From Candidatus Heimdallarchaeota archaeon (GTDB lineage: Archaea > Asgardarchaeota > Heimdallarchaeia > Hodarchaeales > Hodarchaeaceae): a stretch of 14,283 nt of DNA. The DNA lies in NCBI GenBank assembly GCA_048881705.1, contig JBHLSH010000089.1, positions 1-14,283 on the forward strand. Direction: 5' to 3'. The notes beneath the pieces were generated by a model that saw only the letters and a program-made list of their open reading frames with translations, was not told where the DNA came from and searched no databases. How positions within the stretch are numbered: the stretch's first letter is position 1; every line of letters starts with the position of its first letter. The position numbers and the translations under genes were made by a program. This document shows positions 7,644 to 14,283 of this stretch, in pieces.

Positions 7644-7974
7644 GAGAGTCTATTGAAATTCGACCAGGCTTTACGTTAAGGTTGCTCAAATCGCCCTCGG
7701 AAAGCACATCTGAGGTCATGTTTCTAGATAAACAGTTATAAATAAGTTATGAGCGCTATTTCCTGAATCGTGTGACATCAGGCGTTCCTAATTACTGAAA
7801 ACTAATTTTGGCTGTTCATATTTGAATATCTTATTAAGAATGCACTTCCCTTAGGGTTCAGTACTGGCGTGAATAGTACCCGGTAGAATAGTAACGTGCC
7901 TTGGTGAGGCAATTTATCACAAGTTATTCCTAAATGAGCCAATAAGAGTTGATTGGCTGTCGGAGCCTTGGAAT

Positions 7975-9627
7975 TTGAAAACCAAGAAGTTGTTTTCTAT
8001 TATTCAGATTATATTCGTGATTCTCGCTCCTATTGGGTCGTTACATGTTCACCCAGAAGTTTTCGCGCAGGGATCGATATCTTCCTCCCAGTTCTTACTG
8101 GATCAGGCTATTCTAGGTGTTAACACGCTGATAAATGAAGCCAATATCTCTCCCACCAGTGCAAAATGGCCACGAATTGTGGGATCTCCACCATCTTCGT
8201 GGTCTGGAATATGGCCCCAATACTATTATGGTTATTATTGGGGAACCGCAGGTATAGGAGACGTTCTCCTTGAATTTTATTCCTACACAAAAAATGAAAC
8301 ATACCTAGAATTTGCAGAACAAGCGGCACAGTATCTTATCAAAGAAGCTGAGAACTTTTCCAGCGATGCGACTTTTTGGAACACCTCAGAAGATCAATCA
8401 TCCAACTATATAGGTTTTAAATATGGTAACGTGGGGATAGGTACTTTTTTACTGCACTTATACCAGTCTACACAGAATATCACCTATCTGGAAACCGCGA
8501 GAAGAACCCTCAAGACCCTAGAACACGAAGCAATAACCAATTCCAACATGTCTTATTGGGGGATTTCCATTGGAGATACTTTGGGAACAACAGGCCAAAC
8601 GTACGGGGCTGCGGGGGTAATATCCTTATTTCTGGACGCTGCAAGTATTATTAACGATTCATCCGAGAAATGGATAGACTATGCCATCCAGGGGGCTCGT
8701 TGGATCGAAAATATCTCGATATCAAATACTTCAACTCAAGATGCTCAGTTACGGGCTCCCTGGTCTCCTGACATAAATGCTCAGCTCACTGGACTTGGTA
8801 GTGGGAATGCTGGAATTGGAATGGCTTTTCTAAAGTTATTTCAGGCCACAAGGGATGAAATGTGGCTCGATAGAGCGATTCAGGTTGGAAACTGGCTTTT
8901 ATTTAATCAGAATAACGGATCATGGGTTGAAGGAGGGATTGGATATGTTACGGAATTAGATGGCCGTTTCCCGATCACTGGAATGGATAGTGGAGCCGCA
9001 GGAATAGTACGATTTCTTTTGGATCTCTATCGGGAGTCCCAGGAAGCAGCTTATGCCAAATCCATTCAAAAAGCCTTAAACTGGTTAATATTGCATAAAG
9101 TGAAATCAAATGAGGGTTATAAATGGCCCAAGGTTGTGGGAGGGAAGGATCAGAATGTCTACTTGTCAGGATGGAGTTATGGGACTGCAGGTATTGGAGA
9201 AGTTTTTTCACTAGCAGCGGAGGCTTTTGGTTGCCCGTTCTTTAAGGAAATCACACTTGGTGCAGCCCAGATGCTCGCATCTCAAAGAAACCAATACGGG
9301 CTTTTTCCCGTAGCCGAGGGCGAAACACGGCTAACGAGTTTCTTAACTCAATACGGATACCATTTATCGTTTTTCGATGGACTTGCTGGGATTGCCAGAT
9401 TTTTCTTGAATGCTGCCCAAAGATACGATAGTCCCACCTTGTTTCCCAATGTGATCTCATGTGATTATTCGGCATTACCAATTTCCAACACAACTAGTGT
9501 TTTGGATAATAGATCTGAACCTGGAAATGAACCTAAAGCCGTAGACATCATTTTATCGATGCTATCACTTATTCTTCCCGTTTCAGTAATACTGTTGGTT
9601 TTTTATTTCCAGAAGAGGGAAACCTAA
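7975..9627 (+). CDS. Exported, membrane-anchored LanC-like (alpha/alpha barrel) protein lacking zinc ligands
   Basis: N-terminal basic+hydrophobic signal (MKTKKLFSIIQIIFVILAP). Seven GxxG-type repeats: YWGTAG, KYGNVG, TYGAAG, GSGNAG, DSGAAG, SYGTAG, FDGLAG. Also 'DRAIQVGNWL' and 'KALNWL' helices, and a C-terminal hydrophobic helix IILSMLSLILPVSVILLVFYF followed by QKRET. Confidence 0.75.
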   Translation: MKTKKLFSIIQIIFVILAPIGSLHVHPEVFAQGSISSSQFLLDQAILGVNTLINEANISPTSAKWPRIVGSPPSSWSGIWPQYYYGYYWGTAGIGDVLLEFYSYTKNETYLEFAEQAAQYLIKEAENFSSDATFWNTSEDQSSNYIGFKYGNVGIGTFLLHLYQSTQNITYLETARRTLKTLEHEAITNSNMSYWGISIGDTLGTTGQTYGAAGVISLFLDAASIINDSSEKWIDYAIQGARWIENISISNTSTQDAQLRAPWSPDINAQLTGLGSGNAGIGMAFLKLFQATRDEMWLDRAIQVGNWLLFNQNNGSWVEGGIGYVTELDGRFPITGMDSGAAGIVRFLLDLYRESQEAAYAKSIQKALNWLILHKVKSNEGYKWPKVVGGKDQNVYLSGWSYGTAGIGEVFSLAAEAFGCPFFKEITLGAAQMLASQRNQYGLFPVAEGETRLTSFLTQYGYHLSFFDGLAGIARFFLNAAQRYDSPTLFPNVISCDYSALPISNTTSVLDNRSEPGNEPKAVDIILSMLSLILPVSVILLVFYFQKRET

Positions 9628-9709
9628 TAATTGTTTAAGCGAAAATCAAATCTTTTATCCATGATACGGAGATTTTTCAAACCGCTTCTTGGCATACTAA
9701 TTACCTAGT

Positions 9710-9743
9710 AGGAAAGAAAAAGATAAATAGACGTTCAGGTCTA
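9710..9743 (-). terminator. Putative terminator of the DOMON-FN3 gene
   Basis: Right after the stop, the minus strand reads TAGAC-CTGAAC-GTCTA (5-bp stem, 9743-9728), followed by the U-rich TTTATCTTTTTCTTTCC. It sits between convergent genes. Confidence 0.45.
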
Positions 9744-9744
9744 C

Positions 9745-12700
9745 TTATTTTTTCCTACGAATTCTATTCCATATCAATATCGCTGAAAATGCCGCTATGA
9801 TTGCATTTAGTGCAAATGTCGATGTTTGAGGGATTGTTGTGGTATTCGTTGTAGTAGTTTGCGTTGGTGCCGTCGGAGTAGTTGGGGGGATTGTCGTGGT
9901 AGTTGTCGATGGGATTGTTTGAGTTGGAACTGTGATTCCGTCCTCATTGGAGTCTACGGATTCTCCTTGGGAATTTACAGCTCGGATGACATAGAAGTAG
10001 GTAGTTCCTGATAAGACAGATGAATCTGTATAGGACACGCTCATTGTTGACCCTATGCTTGTGTAAGGGCCTCCTGATGTTTCACTGCGATAAATTTGGT
10101 AACTGGAGATTGGTAGTCCACCCGTGTCCGATGGGGTATTCCATAATAAGATCACATAGTTATTACTGTCCAAGCTGGCATAAAGACTTTCCGGGGGGCT
10201 GGGTTTGGTTGTAGGGGTGATTATGGCTTCACTAGATTTGATGCTTTCTCCTAAACTGTTATCCGCGGAGACAGCGTAATAGTAGGTTATTCCCTTTGTA
10301 GTGGAAACATCGTCAAAGGATAATAGCGTAGTATTTGCAAGATTAGTGTACGGACCTCCGCTTGAAGTTGATCGATAAATCCTGTATTGTACAATGCTTG
10401 TCCCGCCGTCATCCAATGGAGCGATCCAAGATAAGGTTACTTTTGGGACCGTGTACACTACATTGAGGCTTCGAGGGCTGCTTGGAACGGCCAAGGGAGT
10501 TGTACTGACTTCCCCTGAGGCCACACTTTCTCCCTCGCCATTAACTGCAACAATGACGTAGAAATACTTGATTCCATTGGTCACGCTGCTGTCTAGATAA
10601 CTGGTAGTACCCGTGACATTCTGGATATTCAAAAAGGATCCACTAGTAATTCGACGGTATACCCGATATCGAATGATGGTGGATCCCCCGTCATCAGCCG
10701 GAGCTTCCCAACTCACTGATATTTGTGAGTTCCCAGGGATTACCTGTGGATTTAAAGGAGCTGTTGGTACTGTTGCTGGAGTAGCACTCTGTTGAAAGGA
10801 AGATGGTCCTTCTCCTTCTGCATTGATAGCGGTCACATTATACCAGTAGGTGATACCATTAACAGCCGTAGAATCAATGTAACCAAGGGTTGTAGAGTTG
10901 CCTACATTGGAAAAAGGGCCCGAGGGTGAGGTTCCACGATAAACGACATATTCTATAATCGGGGAACCTCCATCATCACTTGGGAGACTCCATGTCAAAG
11001 TGACCTGTGAATCACCATAGGTTGCGGCAAGGTTTTGAGGGGCAGTGGGAACGGTGATGGGGGTTACACCTACTTGATTTGAGGAGGGGCCCTCTCCCTC
11101 TGCATTGACGGCGGTCACATTGTACCAGTAGGTGATGCCATTAGAGACAGAAAGATCCGTATAGGTAAGACCTGGAGAAGTTCCAATAAGGACATACGAA
11201 CCTGAAGGCGAAGTTGCGCGATAGATATTGTATCCCGTAATGGTGGAATTACCATCATAAACAGGAACTTGCCATATTATCGTAACCTGGGAGTCTGAAT
11301 ATGAGGCCTGCAGGCTTTGAGGGGCAGTAGGAACCGTAATGGGGGTTACACCTACTTGATTGGAAGATGGGCCCTTACCTTCTCCATTAACAGCGGTTAC
11401 GTTATACCAATAAGTCTCCCCATTTGCCACGGTGAAATCTGTATAACTTAATATGGATGAATTACCGATATTTACATATGGGCCAGTTGGAGACGAAGCG
11501 CGGTAAATCATATACTCTGTGATCTGTGAACCCCCATCGTTATTTGGAAGTCCCCATGTTAAAACGACCTGGGAGTCCGAATACGAGGCCTGCAGGCTTT
11601 GAGGGGCCGAGGGAATCGTAGCTGGAGTAGCATTGACTTCTTGGGAATAGGGACTTTCCCCCTCATTATTTTCCGCAGTAATGACGTAGAAGTACATCTG
11701 GCCATTTGTTAATGACGTATCAAGGTAAAAAAGATTTGTTGTGTTTATGATGTTTGAATAGGGCCCCCCAGTAGTTAAACTTCTATACACACGATATTGA
11801 GTTATAGCTGATCCACCTTGGGAGGAAGGGACGGCCCAACTTAAGTCGATTTGACCGTTGCCGTGAGTAGCTACGACTGACAGGGGTTCACTCGGAACAT
11901 TTCCAATGGTTATTGCTACTTCGTTTGAACTAAAGCTTTCCCCTAATGCATTTACTGCCGTTACAACATAGAAATATTGTTGGCCAGTTACCCCGGATGT
12001 ATCAACATAACTCAAAGTTGTAGTATTAGCGATATTATTATAGGAACCACCACTCGATTGAGATCTGAAGACACGATACTTCGTTATTGCCGAACCTCCA
12101 TCATTGGCTGGAACAGTCCAGTTTAGAATTACGTCTGTACCACTTTTATTGACTTTAAGGGTCTGTGGTGGAGTGGGAGGTCCTGTAGGGGTCGCACTCA
12201 TTTGGTTAGAGGTGGGGCCTTCCCCTTCAGCGGTATAAGCTGTCACATTATACCAATAGATGATTCCATTAGTTACAGAGGAATCTATATAACTTAGAAT
12301 CGTGGAATTCGCGATGTTTGTAAAGGGACCTGACGAGGACGTTGCACGATAAATTATATATTTCGTGACTGGGTATCCTCCGCTATCTGAGGGTGCAAGC
12401 CAGCTTAACGAAACCTGCCAATCACCTGCGGTTACTTGAAGGTTTTGAGGGGCCGTCGGAATAGTAGCGGGTGTGACAGTTACGACGTTTGATGAAGATC
12501 CTTCACCTTCAATGGTAGTAGCGGTTACATTGTACCAGTATTGATTACCATTCGTAACGGCTGTATCTGTATAACTGAGGGAGGTTGTGTTATCAAGAAA
12601 TGTGAAGGGCCCAATAGCGCTAGTTGCTCGATAAATACTATAATTGACGATAGAATAACCACCAGAATTTAAAGGAACAAGCCAGTTCAGAGAGACTTGA

Positions 12701-14205
12701 GAATCCTGATATGTGGCCTGAAGGGAACGAGGTGCGGTCGGAAGAGTAGCCGGTGTGACGGGAACCTGATTCGAGCTAGGACTCTCTCCTTCGCTGTTAA
12801 TAGCAGTCACGTTGTACCAATAGGCTATCCCATTGGTAACGGAGAAATCATCATAATTTAGGGTTGTAGAGTTGCCCACATTTGTAAAAGGGCCCGATGC
12901 GGACGTTCCACGATAAACTCTGTACTTCGTGACTGAAAAACCCCCGTTGTCCAATGGGGCTTGCCAAGTTAAAGAAACCTGAGAATCGGAATAAGAAGCC
13001 TGTAGATTCTGGGGGAAAGTCGGTGTAGCACCCGGTGTGACAATTATATACGCTGCTTGTGTCCCTTCTCCTTCGGAATTATATGCCGAGACCCTATAAT
13101 AATAGGTATTCCCATTACCGACAGTATTATCGAGATAATATAAACTGGTAGAGTTTTGTATGTTCGTATAGGGCCCAATACTTGCTGTTGCTCGGTAAAC
13201 AAGATATTTCGTTATCGTTGTACCACCATCATCCAAAGGTGGAATCCAGCTAACATTCGCGTAGCCATAACCATAGGAAGCGCCGAGATTTCTTGGTTCT
13301 GAGGGAGTTGTCCGAGGTGTAGCACTGACCGTGGTTGAATTGGCCCCTTCTCCAACACCATTAACTGCAGCAACTTTGTAATAATAGGTCACCCCGTTTG
13401 TTCTACCAAGGTCTGTATAACTTAATCCAACAGGAGCTGCAGCCTGGGTGAAGGGCCCGCCACTGGCTATGGCACGGTATACGTTATAATTGGTAATGGT
13501 ATCCCCACCATCATCGGATGGAGCTTGCCAAGCTAGAGACACTTGTGAATCGCCATAAGTTGCAGCAAAATTTTGAGGAGCGGTAGGAACAGTAGCTGAT
13601 GTGAATGTAACCGAGCTAAATCCTCGTGCACTGTGCCTAGATGTAAAATCATCCTTACTGTTGTGATAGGCCCAAATCAGCGGAGTAGGTACCCCAGTTA
13701 CAATGGCATTATCATAAACATCGCTTGTAGTTTGATTCCGGCTAAATTCTAAAGTAGTCCATCCTCCACTTTCTCCTGCAGCGAAATTTATTATATTGTT
13801 TGTTCCTCCGAAGGCAGTATCGGCATCGTGACTGGTTTCTCCAATGCCCCAATTATCCGAAATAAAGGATCCTCCGCTGTAATAGCCTATAATAATATCG
13901 CTGTCCGCCATACGGGCGCTATAGTCTATCCCAATCGCTATCCATCCTGTACATTGAGCCCTGATTGCAATAAATGCTCTGGTGATTGCTGTGTCAATCG
14001 TATAGTACATCTCAAATCCGGTTGTTGCATCAAGTACGAGAGATTGAGCATACTCGCCACCAGAAACAACCCCGTCAAAAACAACATTATTCGCTCCTAT
14101 CACCCTCGTAACGGGTATCTGAGTCTGCGGGAAAGAATAAATCACCAATATTGCAAACAAACTAATGGTAAGAAGTCTTTTATAATGAGCAGTAAGTCTG
14201 AACAA
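9745..14205 (-). CDS. Large cell-surface protein: signal peptide + DOMON domain + 13 fibronectin type III repeats + Thr/Pro-rich linker + C-terminal membrane anchor
   Basis: 1486 aa, TTG start, signal 'KRLLTISLFAILVIYSF'. DOMON motifs 'TGWIAIGI...MADSDIIIG', 'TTLEFSR' and 'LIWAY'. Thirteen ~94-aa units (P..P..L.....V.L.W..P..DGG..I..Y.VYR...Y.D...NG..Y.Y.V.A.N..GEG). Ends 'PSTTTTTIPPTTPTAPTQTTTTNTTT...ALNAIIAAFSAILIWNRIRRKK'. Confidence 0.9.
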   Translation of the reverse strand: MFRLTAHYKRLLTISLFAILVIYSFPQTQIPVTRVIGANNVVFDGVVSGGEYAQSLVLDATTGFEMYYTIDTAITRAFIAIRAQCTGWIAIGIDYSARMADSDIIIGYYSGGSFISDNWGIGETSHDADTAFGGTNNIINFAAGESGGWTTLEFSRNQTTSDVYDNAIVTGVPTPLIWAYHNSKDDFTSRHSARGFSSVTFTSATVPTAPQNFAATYGDSQVSLAWQAPSDDGGDTITNYNVYRAIASGGPFTQAAAPVGLSYTDLGRTNGVTYYYKVAAVNGVGEGANSTTVSATPRTTPSEPRNLGASYGYGYANVSWIPPLDDGGTTITKYLVYRATASIGPYTNIQNSTSLYYLDNTVGNGNTYYYRVSAYNSEGEGTQAAYIIVTPGATPTFPQNLQASYSDSQVSLTWQAPLDNGGFSVTKYRVYRGTSASGPFTNVGNSTTLNYDDFSVTNGIAYWYNVTAINSEGESPSSNQVPVTPATLPTAPRSLQATYQDSQVSLNWLVPLNSGGYSIVNYSIYRATSAIGPFTFLDNTTSLSYTDTAVTNGNQYWYNVTATTIEGEGSSSNVVTVTPATIPTAPQNLQVTAGDWQVSLSWLAPSDSGGYPVTKYIIYRATSSSGPFTNIANSTILSYIDSSVTNGIIYWYNVTAYTAEGEGPTSNQMSATPTGPPTPPQTLKVNKSGTDVILNWTVPANDGGSAITKYRVFRSQSSGGSYNNIANTTTLSYVDTSGVTGQQYFYVVTAVNALGESFSSNEVAITIGNVPSEPLSVVATHGNGQIDLSWAVPSSQGGSAITQYRVYRSLTTGGPYSNIINTTNLFYLDTSLTNGQMYFYVITAENNEGESPYSQEVNATPATIPSAPQSLQASYSDSQVVLTWGLPNNDGGSQITEYMIYRASSPTGPYVNIGNSSILSYTDFTVANGETYWYNVTAVNGEGKGPSSNQVGVTPITVPTAPQSLQASYSDSQVTIIWQVPVYDGNSTITGYNIYRATSPSGSYVLIGTSPGLTYTDLSVSNGITYWYNVTAVNAEGEGPSSNQVGVTPITVPTAPQNLAATYGDSQVTLTWSLPSDDGGSPIIEYVVYRGTSPSGPFSNVGNSTTLGYIDSTAVNGITYWYNVTAINAEGEGPSSFQQSATPATVPTAPLNPQVIPGNSQISVSWEAPADDGGSTIIRYRVYRRITSGSFLNIQNVTGTTSYLDSSVTNGIKYFYVIVAVNGEGESVASGEVSTTPLAVPSSPRSLNVVYTVPKVTLSWIAPLDDGGTSIVQYRIYRSTSSGGPYTNLANTTLLSFDDVSTTKGITYYYAVSADNSLGESIKSSEAIITPTTKPSPPESLYASLDSNNYVILLWNTPSDTGGLPISSYQIYRSETSGGPYTSIGSTMSVSYTDSSVLSGTTYFYVIRAVNSQGESVDSNEDGITVPTQTIPSTTTTTIPPTTPTAPTQTTTTNTTTIPQTSTFALNAIIAAFSAILIWNRIRRKK
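9928..13590 (-). repeat. Intragenic tandem array of 13 FN3 units, about 282 nt period
   Basis: 3663 nt / 13 units. Near-identical DNA blocks at 282-nt offset: 11057-11079 = 11339-11361 (23 nt identical), and 11285-11325 vs 11567-11607 (41 nt, 2 mismatches). Confidence 0.9.
13591..14090 (-). other. DOMON domain with candidate heme ligands Met (codon 13911-13909) and His (codon 13635-13633)
   Basis: 'GWIAIG-IDYSAR-M-ADSDIIIG' and 'WAYHNSKDDFTSR-H-SARG' place Met and His at the positions used by heme-binding DOMON domains. Confidence 0.65.
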
Positions 14206-14283
14206 GGTTCTACTTCCTTTTTTTAGGTTTATATCAATGGAGTTGTCATGGAACTAATCTTTCTCCAATACTCCAAGGTTTTT

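Noticed and set aside
7850-7885. Possible tRNA or structured RNA around the GTACT/AGTAC hairpin
   Set aside because: No cloverleaf or T-loop consensus, and the stem is only 5 bp.
8120-9493. Short ORFs 8120-8329, 8975-9211, 9251-9493
   Set aside because: They are out-of-frame overlaps within the LanC-like gene.
7975-9627. Lanthipeptide biosynthetic cluster
   Set aside because: Zinc and catalytic residues are absent, the protein appears exported, and no precursor, dehydratase or transporter is present.
9826-10011. Cys/Trp/Arg-rich 61-aa ORF resembling a RiPP precursor next to the LanC-like gene
   Set aside because: It is the antisense reading of the Thr/Pro-rich linker of the FN3 gene, which explains its composition.
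11057-11607. 23-41-nt direct repeats as a possible CRISPR array
   Set aside because: The 282-nt spacing equals the FN3 period, the repeats are in-frame coding, and no cas genes are present.
10020-14226. Plus-strand ORFs 10020-10214, 10613-10795, 13828-14226
   Set aside because: They are antisense shadows of the 1486-aa gene.

Overview
This is a gene-dense prokaryotic window, probably archaeal: it has BRE/TATA-like boxes, GAGGT/AGGTGA ribosome-binding sites and a DUF2080-type protein. An Asgard-like origin is only an inference from the style of the surface proteins. Left to right: (1) a minus-strand MoaD/ThiS/SAMP-like ubiquitin-fold gene, missed by the ORF track, whose frame continues past its GGG motif to the window edge; (2) a minus-strand Eco57I-like N6-adenine DNA methyltransferase with no nuclease partner in view; (3) a plus-strand operon of a DUF2080-like protein, a GNAT acetyltransferase, a four-subunit ATP-dependent class I benzoyl-CoA reductase (order bcrC-B-A-D, short A subunit) and a small CxxC protein; (4) a convergent pair of exported, C-terminally anchored proteins. 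One is a LanC-like barrel lacking all zinc/catalytic residues. The other is a 1486-aa protein with a Met/His-type DOMON domain on 13 FN3 repeats. No rRNA, tRNA, CRISPR array or transposase was recognised. All family assignments come from motif recognition, not database searches.
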